Shown piece after piece: positions 17,434-28,085 of a DNA stretch of 64,000 nucleotides (positions are counted from its first letter, which is position 1; each line of letters starts with the position of its first letter). The stretch lies in contig CAZEAB010000001.1 in assembly GCA_964510085.1 (NCBI GenBank), positions 78,583 through 142,582 of the forward strand, read 5' to 3'. Below the pieces are notes generated by a model, which saw nothing but the letters and a program-made list of their open reading frames with translations, made no database searches and had not been told where the DNA came from. The stretch comes from an uncultured Methanosarcinales archaeon (GTDB taxonomy: Archaea > Nanobdellota > Nanobdellia > Woesearchaeales > GW2011-AR9). A program made the translations under genes and the position numbers.

Positions 17434-17910
17434 ATGGTTAAAAAAATAGAATTACAAGAGAAAGGGTGGAGTGAGAAAGAAATAAAAGAAGCTGAAGCTC
17501 TTGTTGAAGAAGATCGGAAACATGATTCTCATTACGCTAAGATTTTGTTCTGGAGTGCGTTACTTGTTATAATTGTTGGAAATTTTATTGTTTCCATTGT
17601 ATTGGTTCCTTTTTTACTTGTACTTAACTCATACATCTTATTTGCTCTTGTGATTATCTTAGGAGGAACAATTGGATTCTTATACAATTTTTTAATAACA
17701 GATATCGGACATCTAGAAAAGAAACATCATGTTTTTGCTGGAATTGTTATCCCTCTTGTTGCAGTCCTTAATCTTGGAGTTGTAGTATATGCAACAAATA
17801 GATTTATTTCTCAGTTAGAAGTTGCTAATCAACATAATCCTTGGGTTGTGAGTATAGTATTTGCAACAGCAGTTATATTACCTGCGATTATTGATAAGTT
17901 ACGAAAGTGA
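17434..17910 (+). CDS. hypothetical membrane protein
   Basis: 158 aa, 4 predicted TM helices, directly downstream of minD. Confidence 0.4.
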   Translation: MVKKIELQEKGWSEKEIKEAEALVEEDRKHDSHYAKILFWSALLVIIVGNFIVSIVLVPFLLVLNSYILFALVIILGGTIGFLYNFLITDIGHLEKKHHVFAGIVIPLVAVLNLGVVVYATNRFISQLEVANQHNPWVVSIVFATAVILPAIIDKLRK

Positions 17911-17921
17911 TTAATTACTTT

Positions 17922-18260
17922 TCAACTCCCCAATCCTAAAAAGATAACTCCAATAATTATCCCAAATAAACCAAACCATTTCCATTTGTTCATTTTCTCT
18001 CCAAGAAATTTGACAGATAATGCTGTTGCAAACAAGTAGCTTAATGAAGATAGGGGGAAGACTATGTTAAGGGCTTCTACTCGTAAGACATACAAATAAA
18101 GAAGTGTACTTGAAACGTATAATAAGAAACCATACCAAAATAATTTCTTTTTCCAAATTAACAATAAATTACCATTGGCACCTTTCTTAATTAATAATGC
18201 TGCAACAGCTGCAAAAAAACTTCCTAGTACAATTAACCCCAACACAAGTAATTTAACCAT
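17922..18260 (-). CDS. small EamA/SMR-like membrane protein
   Basis: 4-TM protein. Start placed at the internal Met (MVKLLVLG..), overlapping the upstream paralog by 8 nt. Confidence 0.5.
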   Translation of the reverse strand: MVKLLVLGLIVLGSFFAAVAALLIKKGANGNLLLIWKKKLFWYGFLLYVSSTLLYLYVLRVEALNIVFPLSSLSYLFATALSVKFLGEKMNKWKWFGLFGIIIGVIFLGLGS

Positions 18261-18624
18261 GATACTTCGCTCCTTGTTTTGTTCTTGAACTTCCAAAACC
18301 AAGTAAACTAACTGCAATTAAAATAGAGAATATGCCAATATATTTCATCACATTCATTTCCTCGCCTGCAAAAAAGAATGGAGAGAATAGACTTACCCAA
18401 ATATATGCAGATGCAAGTAAAGGATAGAGAACACTTAATTCTCCATTCTTAAACGCTGCCAACATTAAGAAAAACCCGATTCCATATGAACCTAAACCCA
18501 CTATTAGAGGAAGGTTAAATGCAGAAACAATACTATCAATTTGTAATGCTCCAAATTTTAATAGTATCTGACCGATAGAGGTAAATATTGTGCATAGTAA
18601 AATATAAATTATTGCTTTCTTCAT
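18253..18624 (-). CDS. small EamA/SMR-like membrane protein
   Basis: 123 aa, 4 TM, ..TSIGQILLKFG.. EamA-like N-terminus. Paired with 17922..18260. Confidence 0.5.
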   Translation of the reverse strand: MKKAIIYILLCTIFTSIGQILLKFGALQIDSIVSAFNLPLIVGLGSYGIGFFLMLAAFKNGELSVLYPLLASAYIWVSLFSPFFFAGEEMNVMKYIGIFSILIAVSLLGFGSSRTKQGAKYHG

Positions 18625-18639
18625 ATGTCTAGGTTTATT

Positions 18640-20196
18640 TTATTCTTCTAGCAAGATTTCGATTGCAGCTGCAAATGCTGGACGTGCAATTAACACTCCA
18701 AATGAAATTCCTGCAATGGTTGTTAATGCAAATCCTTTTAATAAACCTGCGCCCGCCCAATATAATGGTAACATGCCAGATAATGTTGTTAAATAAGCTC
18801 CAAAGACTATAAACATCGCTTGCTTAATACGTGCTTTCCAACTTTCACTAACTTCACCACGTATAGTTTCATCGGTAATAATAATTAAATGATCTACCCC
18901 CGTTCCAACTACTATTATAATACCTGCAATTGCAGCTAAATCCATATTCCATTTTAAAAATGCAGCAAATCCAAGTATTAAAACAATTTCTGAAATGAGT
19001 GTTAATATCATTGGAACGACTATTGATAATTTTCTATATCGTATGAAAACAACTGTAATAACAGAAAGTAATACTAATGCACCAACAAGTAAAATATTAT
19101 TCAAAAATTCTTTTCCTAATGATGGACTAATGGTGTCTAATTTTAAAACGTCAAGTTTTACTGGAAGGCTTCCAGTTAAGATAACTGTTTGTAATCTTTT
19201 CATTTCTTGTAATGTATTTGTAACCGCTTCTTGTTCAGTTCGTCCAATTTCTGATCCAGAGATTTGAATTTGTGTTTCTTGTCTCCCTTGTAAGCTAGAT
19301 GCAATTTGAAGACTGGTAATTTCTACATCATCCAAATAAAATACAATTGGTTCACTTAGATATTCACCAAGTACTTCTAATGAACGAGTAGCAGTCGCCA
19401 TTTTTTGTGCTGCATCTGGACTTAATGTAATACTAAAAAAGAATGGACAAACAAATCCGTCTCCTGAAGAAGAACAACCAATATTTGGATTAATCCCCGA
19501 ACAATCGGCCGTTCTACAAACATATGTGATGTCTTTCTTTCCACCTTGAAATACTAAAGTATCTGAAATCTTTCCTTCAAACTTACCTTGTTCTCCAATT
19601 AATTGTTGAACTTCGTCTTCAGTTACGCCTGCAATTTCAATAAGAATAAAATCTTCCCCAGATAAATCTGATGCTTTCCTTACAACAATATCACTTAAAC
19701 CATATACATTTAATCTTTCTTTAAGACTATCAATAGTTAAATCAAAATCTTCAGGAGATATAGCCTTTGCTGGCTTTAGAAGAACTCGAGTTCCACCTTC
19801 TAAATCTAATCCTTTTCGTAAATTACTCGATGGCGCTTCATATACTTTCAAACCAAGTGAGCCAGAAGAGTCAGTTACAAGACTGTATGTATTCTGGTTT
19901 GTTTTAACCGTTACAGTCCTATCCTTCTCTAACCCTGAAGTTTCTTTAAAATATTCTTCAGTACTTTGAAGAACATTGCCATTTACCGAAATAATTCGTT
20001 CTCTATTAACTGGAGAAACATCATTTCCTGGATTTGCAATACCTCCCAGTTCTGCAGAAGAGTTCTTACCTACACTTCTAATAGCAATATTTCCATCTTC
20101 AAACAGTTGTGGGCTAATAGCAGTAAGAGATAAGAGTAAGAAAAATATAAGTATAATTATTTTCCACGTTGTGAAAATCTTCTTAATTTTTTCCAT
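18640..20196 (-). CDS. secD: protein-export membrane protein SecD
   Basis: 518 aa. N-terminal TM, large extracytoplasmic domain, C-terminal 5-TM bundle. Follows secF with an overlap. Confidence 0.85.
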   Translation of the reverse strand: MEKIKKIFTTWKIIILIFFLLLSLTAISPQLFEDGNIAIRSVGKNSSAELGGIANPGNDVSPVNRERIISVNGNVLQSTEEYFKETSGLEKDRTVTVKTNQNTYSLVTDSSGSLGLKVYEAPSSNLRKGLDLEGGTRVLLKPAKAISPEDFDLTIDSLKERLNVYGLSDIVVRKASDLSGEDFILIEIAGVTEDEVQQLIGEQGKFEGKISDTLVFQGGKKDITYVCRTADCSGINPNIGCSSSGDGFVCPFFFSITLSPDAAQKMATATRSLEVLGEYLSEPIVFYLDDVEITSLQIASSLQGRQETQIQISGSEIGRTEQEAVTNTLQEMKRLQTVILTGSLPVKLDVLKLDTISPSLGKEFLNNILLVGALVLLSVITVVFIRYRKLSIVVPMILTLISEIVLILGFAAFLKWNMDLAAIAGIIIVVGTGVDHLIIITDETIRGEVSESWKARIKQAMFIVFGAYLTTLSGMLPLYWAGAGLLKGFALTTIAGISFGVLIARPAFAAAIEILLEE

Positions 20197-21073
20197 GTTT
20201 CTTCTCCAAGTATAACCGTAATATTCCTACATTTTGAATCCATGTCATGAGTAAATCCACAAGTAATCCAATAAGTAAAATAATCATAATTTGTTTCACA
20301 ACATCACTTTTTACAAAGATCAATGCAACTATTACTGCTGTAAGGGTAGTTGCACTCATTGTTAATCCAGTTTTCATAGCACCATATACTCTACTCATTA
20401 CTGAACCTTCTTTCCGTTTCAATACACGTGAACTAAGCAAAATATCAGTATCTACTGAATAACCAATCAACATTAAAAAGGCTGCAATACCTGCAGTACT
20501 TAGTGGAATTCCGGTCAGATTAAAAATTGATACTGTAACAACAATATCTGAAAAGGCTGCAAGAATAACCGCGAAACTTGGTGCAGGACTTTTAAAATAA
20601 AAGAACACAACTATACCCATTAGAACAAATGCAATGAGTAAGGCAGTAAGTGTTTGAGTAAAGAATCGTTCTCCTAAAGAAGAACCCATTACTTCAATTG
20701 TATAATCATTTTTCTGTAAATCTAGTTTTTTTACCAATAATAATTCTAATTTTGTGATATCGGCTTTCTCTGAAAACGAGGAATCTATTGCTAAACTTAT
20801 TGAACTTCCAGCAGACCCGAGAGTTCTAACAGACATCTCTTCATCTGGAAATGCTGTTGCTAAAAATCCAGACAATTCTGCTACACTAATTACCGAACCG
20901 TCGGTAAGTGTAAAAGTTGAACCACCCTTAAGAGTTACTCCTTTGTTCACAAAGTCTCCTGTTTGTTGATATTGGACACCTATTTGAACTAAAGCAAGTA
21001 GTAATATTGCAAATGGAATAATAAGCAACATCTTATACTTACTTTCATAGAATTGCTTTATACGATTCTTCAT
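20183..21073 (-). CDS. secF: protein-export membrane protein SecF
   Basis: 296 aa with SecF topology and C-terminal TM bundle (..IGYSVDTDILL..). Confidence 0.85.
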   Translation of the reverse strand: MKNRIKQFYESKYKMLLIIPFAILLLALVQIGVQYQQTGDFVNKGVTLKGGSTFTLTDGSVISVAELSGFLATAFPDEEMSVRTLGSAGSSISLAIDSSFSEKADITKLELLLVKKLDLQKNDYTIEVMGSSLGERFFTQTLTALLIAFVLMGIVVFFYFKSPAPSFAVILAAFSDIVVTVSIFNLTGIPLSTAGIAAFLMLIGYSVDTDILLSSRVLKRKEGSVMSRVYGAMKTGLTMSATTLTAVIVALIFVKSDVVKQIMIILLIGLLVDLLMTWIQNVGILRLYLEKKHGKN

Positions 21074-21105
21074 AAGCCTATTGGAAGACGGTTTGTATAT
21101 AAATG

Positions 21106-22824
21106 TTATGTTGAAGAATTTTCTGAAACAACATCTTTCTTTAATATAGCATCAAGTAATCCTAAATATAATGGATGCGGATGTAATGGTTTTGAGATAT
21201 ATTCTGGATGACATTGCACTCCAACAAAATAAGGATGTATCTCTCGAGGTAATTCTAAAATTTGCATAATCTCTCTTCCTGGAGCTTTTCCACTAAATAT
21301 CAATCCGTTTTCTTCTATTTGCTTGATGTACGAAGGATTACACTCCCACCTATGCCTAAATCGTTCTCGTACTAATAAAGAACCATATAATTCTGCAGCA
21401 AAACTTCCTTCTTTTATTTCAACATCATGACCCCCTAACCGCATATTTCCTCCTAAAGAATCAATATTCTTTTGTTCTGGAAGTATGTCTATAACAGGAT
21501 GTGCACATTCTTTGTTAATTTCAGTACTATGCGCGTCTTGTAAGCCACATACATTTCGAGAGAATTCAATTATAGCCATTTGAAACCCGTAACATAATCC
21601 TAAATAAGGTATTTTATTTTCACGAACGTATTTAATACAATTTATTTTTCCTTCAGCTCCTCGAGATCCAAAAGCCCCAGGTACAATAACTCCATCAACT
21701 CCTGCCAAAATTTCAGAAACAGTAGATAAGTTAGTGGTATCAATCCATTTCAGTTTTACGGTTACTCCTCTTGTTGTTCCAGCATGTTCAAGAGCTTTGA
21801 TGATTGATGCATACGAATCTCGTAACGAAGTATATTTCCCAGTAATTCCTATGATTATTTCTCTTTTCTTCTTAATGAGGGTTCTATTTACATATTCTTC
21901 CCACCTATCCCTTGCTTCATAATCACAGTTTACTCTATCACGTATACCAAGAATGTCAATAGTTTGTTCATCTAAACGAGATTTTTCTAATAATTTTGGA
22001 ATAAGGTAAATACTCTCAACGTCATGTGTACTTACAACTCTATCAACAGGAACGTTTGAAGCAATACTTATCTTCTGTCTTACTTTATCTGTTACAGGCA
22101 CGTCACACCTACATGCAATAATGTCTGGTTGAATTCCGCACGACATCAGAGCACGTAACCCAAGTTGTGCCGCTTTACTTTTCTGCTCACCTAAAAAACT
22201 TGGATTTAAAACATATGTTAACGCTACATGACATACATTCTTTTTTCCTTCTTCATACTGTAATTCTCTCATTGCTTCAATGTAATGGCTATTTTCTAAA
22301 TCTCCAACAGTCCCACCTATTTCTATAAAAACAACATCTGCTCGAGTTTGTAATGCTAAAGAACGTAAACGATATTTAACCTCTCCAGTTAAATGTGGAA
22401 TAAATTGAACATCTCTTCCCAAATAACCTCCTTTACGTTCTCTACTTAATATTGAACTAAATAATTGGCCGTTTGTAAGAAAATTTCCTGCAGTTAAATT
22501 GAATCCAAGAAACCGCTCATACGTTCCAAGGTCCATATCTGTTTCAGTTCCATCATCTAATACAAAGACCTCTCCGTGTCTAAATGGATTAAGTGTACCT
22601 GCATCAACATTTAGGTACCCTTCCATTTTAATTGAAGCAACCCGTAATCCTTTAAGACGAAGTAATTTTGCAAGAGAAGACGCAAAGATTCCTTTACCTA
22701 ATCCAGACATGACTGTTCCGGTTACAACAACATATTTTGTACTCCCTTTAACATATCCTTCAGGCATAGAATTAAAGAATTCATTCTCTTCAGTCTTTTT
22801 GGATACATCATCTAATATTGTCAT
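21106..22824 (-). CDS. pyrG: CTP synthase
   Basis: 572 aa. N-terminal synthetase (..VVVTGTVMSGLGKG..) and a C-terminal GATase with LGLCYGFQ. Confidence 0.95.
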   Translation of the reverse strand: MTILDDVSKKTEENEFFNSMPEGYVKGSTKYVVVTGTVMSGLGKGIFASSLAKLLRLKGLRVASIKMEGYLNVDAGTLNPFRHGEVFVLDDGTETDMDLGTYERFLGFNLTAGNFLTNGQLFSSILSRERKGGYLGRDVQFIPHLTGEVKYRLRSLALQTRADVVFIEIGGTVGDLENSHYIEAMRELQYEEGKKNVCHVALTYVLNPSFLGEQKSKAAQLGLRALMSCGIQPDIIACRCDVPVTDKVRQKISIASNVPVDRVVSTHDVESIYLIPKLLEKSRLDEQTIDILGIRDRVNCDYEARDRWEEYVNRTLIKKKREIIIGITGKYTSLRDSYASIIKALEHAGTTRGVTVKLKWIDTTNLSTVSEILAGVDGVIVPGAFGSRGAEGKINCIKYVRENKIPYLGLCYGFQMAIIEFSRNVCGLQDAHSTEINKECAHPVIDILPEQKNIDSLGGNMRLGGHDVEIKEGSFAAELYGSLLVRERFRHRWECNPSYIKQIEENGLIFSGKAPGREIMQILELPREIHPYFVGVQCHPEYISKPLHPHPLYLGLLDAILKKDVVSENSST

Positions 22825-22838
22825 AACATTACCTATAT

Positions 22839-22916
22839 CTTGTATGCCCGGGCCCAGACTTGTCGAGGTGGGTACAATTGTAAATTGTACGAATCCACCG
22901 TGCCGAGGGATACAAG
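22839..22916 (+). repeat. GC-rich structured intergenic element, copy E3
   Basis: CTTGTATGCCCGGGCCCAGACTTGTCGAGGTGG-GTACAATTGTAAATTGTAC-GAATCCACCGTGCCGAGGGATACAAG. Its left end is 15 nt from the pyrG start codon. Confidence 0.8.
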
Positions 22917-23021
22917 TAGTTTATTTTCTGATAAAAATTCAGAACTACCCTTATTTAAGTAGTTTCCGCACAACCTCTTGATGACGAAAAAGTTTATATA
23001 CCTCTATTATTTTGTAGAATT

Positions 23022-23963
23022 GTGGATGTTATAAAATTAAAAGAGGTTTCAAAGAGTTATAAAGATAACAAAGTCTTACATAACGTAAACCTTTCTGTAA
23101 ACGAAGGAGATATTCTTGGGGTTATTGGTAAATCTGGAAGCGGGAAAACTACCCTTCTAAACCTACTTACTGGTTTCGTTGAAGCTACAAAGGGAGATAT
23201 TACATACGTTAACAAGTTTGGAAAAGAAAGAGATTTAAACAGGAATTTACATAAAGTTAAAAGGCACTTAGGTTACTGCCCCCAACATAATTCATTTTAT
23301 CCCCAATTAACTGTTGAAGAAAATTTATTGCATTTTGGAATGTTATATGGTATAAATAAAACTATTCTCAAAGAAAACATTAGTCAACTTCTTAAATTTA
23401 CAAAATTATCAGATCATAAAAATAAATTAGCTAAACATCTCTCTGGAGGTATGCAGAAACGATTAGATATCAGTTGTAGCTTAGTTCATAAACCTAAAAT
23501 ATTAATTTTAGACGAGCCAACAGCAGACTTAGACCCAATTCTTCAACAAGAGATAATACATCTTCTTCAGGAAGTAAATGGACAAGGAATCACAATTGTA
23601 ATTGCGTCTCATCATTTAGAAAGTATTGAAACATTATGTAATAAAGTGATTATTGTAAATAAAGGAGAAGTACATAGTTTTGGGGAGATTGAAAACGTAA
23701 AAAAACCATATCTTCGTGACTATTTTACTATTAATTTACCTGGAAAGGAAGGAAAAGATAAGTTAATTGAAAAACTTCGTGGATTTCCAATCAAAAAGAT
23801 TGTTGACAAAGGACATTCAATTGTAGTATATCCAGAACATGTTGAATCTACTATTGGAAAATTACTTTCATTTATTCGAGAAGAAAATCTCTATCTTCAC
23901 GACATGCATTTTGGAAAACCTTCATTAAATGAAGTTTTCGAACGAATCGTCAAAAATGAGTAG
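23022..23963 (+). CDS. ABC transporter ATP-binding protein (GTG start)
   Basis: Walker A GKSGSGKTT, signature LSGGMQKR, Walker B ILILDEP. Confidence 0.9.
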   Translation: MDVIKLKEVSKSYKDNKVLHNVNLSVNEGDILGVIGKSGSGKTTLLNLLTGFVEATKGDITYVNKFGKERDLNRNLHKVKRHLGYCPQHNSFYPQLTVEENLLHFGMLYGINKTILKENISQLLKFTKLSDHKNKLAKHLSGGMQKRLDISCSLVHKPKILILDEPTADLDPILQQEIIHLLQEVNGQGITIVIASHHLESIETLCNKVIIVNKGEVHSFGEIENVKKPYLRDYFTINLPGKEGKDKLIEKLRGFPIKKIVDKGHSIVVYPEHVESTIGKLLSFIREENLYLHDMHFGKPSLNEVFERIVKNE

Positions 23964-25689
23964 AAAAATGCCTTTATGGCTCCTTACAAAAAAGAACATT
24001 AAGTTGCTTTTAAGAGCAAAAGGCTCTGCATTAATAATCATTTTTGCACCATTACTGCTTATGTTGGTATTAGGTTTATCATTTAATTCTTCTTCAACAT
24101 ATGGCATTAACATTGGAATTTACAGTCCTTCTATTACTGATGACGTACAAAATTTCATAGACTTACTTAAAGAAGAATCATTTACAATTACCACATATGA
24201 TTCTCTTGATTCTTGTATAAGCGAGATTAAAAGTGGAAATACGCATACGTGTATTGACTTACCTGAATCATTAAACATAGAAGGTAATGAAAAGAAAGAA
24301 GTTATATTTCATGTAGACCCTGCTCGAATAAATTTAGTGTGGATGGTTCAAGAAACAGTAAATAAAAAATTTGATTTACGATCACAAGAAATCTCCCAAT
24401 CATTAACACAAAACATTCTTGGGAAACTATCTGAAACAAAAAGTGTTATTTCAGAAACCGAATCTATGCTAAATACGGCTAAAGGAAATGCAGATAGTTC
24501 AGCAAGCTCGGCGACATCTACTAAATCTAGTTTATCTGGTTTAGATCTAGCTGTAATTGAATCTAATGTAAATTCATCAAAGATTGGAAGTGTTGATGTA
24601 GAAGTGTCAGAAAGTAATGATCTAATCTCTGAAGCAAGAGAGAAAATTAAAGAAACGACGTTAGACAATACTACTAAACAAGGTATATTAGACACCCTTG
24701 CAGGAGCTCGAAATAAATTAAATGAAGCCGAGAGAGTTCTTACAACCAATGGAACGGGTGGCAATGTATTAACTCAATTACATTCAGATTTAGTTACCTC
24801 TCAGAATAAATTGAAAACTGCAGCTACAAAAATTAGCAGTAGTAATTCTAATCTTGAATCTATTGCAACAAACTTACAAGAAACTGCAAGTAGTATTGGA
24901 ACTGTCAAAGACAAATTAACTGGTTTAAAATCAAGTATTGATGGTGTGTCTGTAACAGAAGCAAGTACAATCACGTCCCCTCTTGTAACAAAGGTAGAAA
25001 CTGTTGGAGAAGAAGGGACGTTTCTTAATTATTTATTCCCTGCTCTTATAGTTCTTGTAATAATGTTTAGTTCATTGTTACTTGGAACAACGTTAGTAAT
25101 GATGGAACGACACAGTCCCGCATTTTTACGAAATTTCTTTCTGCCAGTGAGAAAAATCACTTTTATTACAAGTATTTATTTGACAAATTTAATACTAAAC
25201 TCACTTCAAATAGTTATTATACTTGGAATATCCCTTATATTCTTAAAACAAGCACTGCCTAACCTTCACTACATCGCACTTATCTTATTACTTGCAAGTT
25301 CAGTATTTACATTTATTGGAATGGTAATTGGATATGTGTTTAATACAGAAGAAACAAGTGTTCTTGCAACAATTTCGTTAGGAAGTTTATTTCTTCTGTT
25401 CTCAGGAACAATATTACCATTAGAAAGTACCTCAGCATACATAAAGGGGATAGCAGTATTTAATCCGTTTGTTATAACTGAAAAAATTGTTCGAGAAGTA
25501 TTTTTGTTTAGTACACCAATTCAGTCGCTATGGATGGAAATTTCACTATTGGCAGGATATGCTGTGGTGTTTTTTATTATCATCTTGTTTATTGAAACAA
25601 TCTTACACCAACACACTGTTCGTAAATATCTTAAAGGCCATCATAGAGCTCATCGACAGAAAGATAAGAAGAATAAGAATGATGGTTAG
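23956..25689 (+). CDS. ABC-2 type permease with large extracytoplasmic coiled-coil insert (YhgE/Pip-like)
   Basis: Start at the internal Met overlapping the ATPase stop. N-terminal TM, ~330-aa S/T/N-rich helical domain, C-terminal 5-TM ABC-2 domain. Confidence 0.7.
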   Translation: MSRKMPLWLLTKKNIKLLLRAKGSALIIIFAPLLLMLVLGLSFNSSSTYGINIGIYSPSITDDVQNFIDLLKEESFTITTYDSLDSCISEIKSGNTHTCIDLPESLNIEGNEKKEVIFHVDPARINLVWMVQETVNKKFDLRSQEISQSLTQNILGKLSETKSVISETESMLNTAKGNADSSASSATSTKSSLSGLDLAVIESNVNSSKIGSVDVEVSESNDLISEAREKIKETTLDNTTKQGILDTLAGARNKLNEAERVLTTNGTGGNVLTQLHSDLVTSQNKLKTAATKISSSNSNLESIATNLQETASSIGTVKDKLTGLKSSIDGVSVTEASTITSPLVTKVETVGEEGTFLNYLFPALIVLVIMFSSLLLGTTLVMMERHSPAFLRNFFLPVRKITFITSIYLTNLILNSLQIVIILGISLIFLKQALPNLHYIALILLLASSVFTFIGMVIGYVFNTEETSVLATISLGSLFLLFSGTILPLESTSAYIKGIAVFNPFVITEKIVREVFLFSTPIQSLWMEISLLAGYAVVFFIIILFIETILHQHTVRKYLKGHHRAHRQKDKKNKNDG

Positions 25690-25695
25690 ATTACA

Positions 25696-26178
25696 ATGCA
25701 TAAAGTAATCGCAATTTCTGGATCCCCTGGCACAGGAAAATCTACTTTAGCCAAGTTATTAGTTAAAAAATTAAACGCAGAGAGATTAGATTTGTGTAAT
25801 TATTACAAAGACATTTCAACCACGTATAATAAAAAGAAAAAATGCTATGACCTTGACATCAAAAAAGTTGAAAAACTTGTCCGTGCTAAGAAAAAAGAGC
25901 ACGAACTAGTTGTTATTGATTCTCATGTTGCTCATCTTCTTCCAAAATCCCTCATTAATCTATGTGTTGTGTTAACATGTTCAAATTTAAAGACATTAGA
26001 AAAACGACTTAAAGAAAGAAAATATAGTAAAGCAAAAATACGAGAGAATGTAGATGCGGAAATCTTCCAAGTATGTTTGATGGAAGCTCAAGAAAATAAA
26101 CATAATGTTATTACATTTGATACTTCAAAAAAAATGATTCAGAAGGAACTCTTACAAATTATCACCAAAAACTTATAA
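25696..26178 (+). CDS. adenylate kinase-like NTPase (AK6/Fap7 family)
   Basis: P-loop ISGSPGTGKSTLAKLL. ~160 aa, typical of archaeal Fap7-like kinases. Confidence 0.7.
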   Translation: MHKVIAISGSPGTGKSTLAKLLVKKLNAERLDLCNYYKDISTTYNKKKKCYDLDIKKVEKLVRAKKKEHELVVIDSHVAHLLPKSLINLCVVLTCSNLKTLEKRLKERKYSKAKIRENVDAEIFQVCLMEAQENKHNVITFDTSKKMIQKELLQIITKNL

Positions 26179-26179
26179 A
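26172..26179 (+). promoter_or_regulatory. TATA box (CTTATAAA) for aRF1
   Basis: 22 nt upstream of the ATG at 26202. Overlaps the stop codon of the preceding gene. Confidence 0.45.
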
Positions 26180-26201
26180 CTCCCTCTATTGTTAGAATTC
26201 T

Positions 26202-27305
26202 ATGACAAGTTTAAGCACAAAAGAACGGCTCCTGTTACGGAAATTAATCAAAGAGTTACATAGCCATAAGGCTCCACATACAGAGTTTGTTACTGTATAC
26301 ATCCCCGCAGGATATGAACTACATAAGATCATTCAACATCTTTCCGAAGAACAAGGAACCGCATCCAATATAAAATCGGCTGTAACAAGAAAGAACGTTC
26401 AAGGTGCTTTAGAAAAAATGATTCAATTCCTTAAAGGATTCAAATCTACTCCAGAAAATGGGCTTGCTGTATTCTCGGGAAACGTAGCTGCAGGAGAAGG
26501 AAAAATAGATATGAGGGTGTGGAGCTTTGAACCCCCAAGACCTCTTAATACTCGAATTTATAGGTGCGATAAGCAATTTGTGACAGATATTCTTGATGAA
26601 ATGCTTGTTGACCACAATGTGTATGGATTAGTTGTACTTGACAGACGAGATGCAATTATTGCACTGTTAAAAGGAAAAACAATTGTTCCATTAAAGAAAA
26701 CTCATTCAGAAGTTCCTGGAAAGTTTCGTGCAGGTGGACAAAGTGCACAGAGGTTTGCTCGTCAACGAGAAGGCGCATATAAAGATCATTTTAAAAAAAT
26801 AGCAGACCACATGAAAGAACAACTATTGCCGCTTGGGAATAACTTAAAGGGCATTATTGTTGGTGGTCCTGGAACTACAGTAAACAGTTTTCTAAATAAA
26901 GAATATATTACAGGAGATTTGCAGAAGAAAATCATTGGAACAAAAGATCTGTCTTATACTGATGAGATTGGATTACAAGAATTATTAGAAAAATCGCAGG
27001 ATCTTCTTGCTGAGGAAGAAGTTGCTCAAGAAAAAGTTGCAATGCAAAAATTCTTTAGCGTGTTCAGAGATAACCCAAAAAAAGCAGCATATGGTGAGAA
27101 AGAAGTACTAAAAGCAATGAAAATGAATGCTGTTGATACCATATTTATCTCAGAAACCGTCGAAGAAGAAAAGATTTTTTCCTTTGAAGAAAAAGCACAA
27201 GAAAGCGGAGCTACTGTAAAATTAATTTCTATTGAAACAAGAGAAGGAGCCCAATTACGAGATTTAGGTGGAATTGCAGCAATTCTACGATTTGAAATTC
27301 AGTGA
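26202..27305 (+). CDS. prf1: peptide chain release factor aRF1
   Basis: NIKS motif (TASNIKS) and GGQ motif (RAGGQSAQRF). Confidence 0.9.
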   Translation: MTSLSTKERLLLRKLIKELHSHKAPHTEFVTVYIPAGYELHKIIQHLSEEQGTASNIKSAVTRKNVQGALEKMIQFLKGFKSTPENGLAVFSGNVAAGEGKIDMRVWSFEPPRPLNTRIYRCDKQFVTDILDEMLVDHNVYGLVVLDRRDAIIALLKGKTIVPLKKTHSEVPGKFRAGGQSAQRFARQREGAYKDHFKKIADHMKEQLLPLGNNLKGIIVGGPGTTVNSFLNKEYITGDLQKKIIGTKDLSYTDEIGLQELLEKSQDLLAEEEVAQEKVAMQKFFSVFRDNPKKAAYGEKEVLKAMKMNAVDTIFISETVEEEKIFSFEEKAQESGATVKLISIETREGAQLRDLGGIAAILRFEIQ

Positions 27306-27357
27306 AAATAAGATTTTTTTGTGGAAACTCTTTTAAAGAATAATGCCAAATTTATAA

Positions 27358-28035
27358 TTGATGGTTTTGATTGAAGAAGCGTATAAGCGACTATTTCCAA
27401 GTAAATATTTTCCATACGAGGAAGAATTAGAATACAACAGAAGACTTTCTTCATTTAATGCAAATATAACCATTATTCAAAACAAAATTAAAGTAAAATT
27501 AAATTTACAGTGGAAGGATATTGATGATGAAATAAAAATTGGATTAATCCAACACCTTCTTTGCAAAGTTCTTAAACGGAAAATAACGACAACCAATATT
27601 GAATTATATCACAATTTTGTAAGAAATATTCCTCTATTAATGCCAAAAGATAATATTGATGGACATCTAAAAGAATCATTTGATCGAGTAAATGAACAAT
27701 TTTTTAATGGTGACATGGAAGTGCCTAACTTACAATGGGGAACGGATTCAAAAAGAAAACTAGCGTGTTATAACTTTCATAATGATACTGTAACCGTATC
27801 AACTATTTTCCGTCATTCTCCTTCACATGTAGTTGATTTATTGATGTATCATGAATTATTACATAAACACTTCCAATTTACGCATAAGAATGGAAGAAGC
27901 ACGTACCATTCAACAGAATTTAAAGCAGCAGAAAGATTATATCCAAATTATAAAGATGTTGAGATAGAAATAAAAAATATTATTAGCGGAAAGAAACCCT
28001 TTTCCCTATTTGGAATTAAGATAAACGCCAGATAG
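27358..28035 (+). CDS. SprT/DUF45-like zinc metallopeptidase (HExxH)
   Basis: ..VVDLLMYHELLHKHFQFTH.. HExxH plus a downstream His. Confidence 0.45.
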   Translation: MMVLIEEAYKRLFPSKYFPYEEELEYNRRLSSFNANITIIQNKIKVKLNLQWKDIDDEIKIGLIQHLLCKVLKRKITTTNIELYHNFVRNIPLLMPKDNIDGHLKESFDRVNEQFFNGDMEVPNLQWGTDSKRKLACYNFHNDTVTVSTIFRHSPSHVVDLLMYHELLHKHFQFTHKNGRSTYHSTEFKAAERLYPNYKDVEIEIKNIISGKKPFSLFGIKINAR

Positions 28036-28055
28036 GCGCGTAAATACGCAAAACG

Positions 28056-28063
28056 TTTATAAA
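28056..28063 (+). promoter_or_regulatory. TATA box (TTTATAAA) for the histone gene
   Basis: 22 nt upstream of the ATG at 28086. Confidence 0.5.
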
Positions 28064-28085
28064 TAACACACCCATTTAGCTAAAT

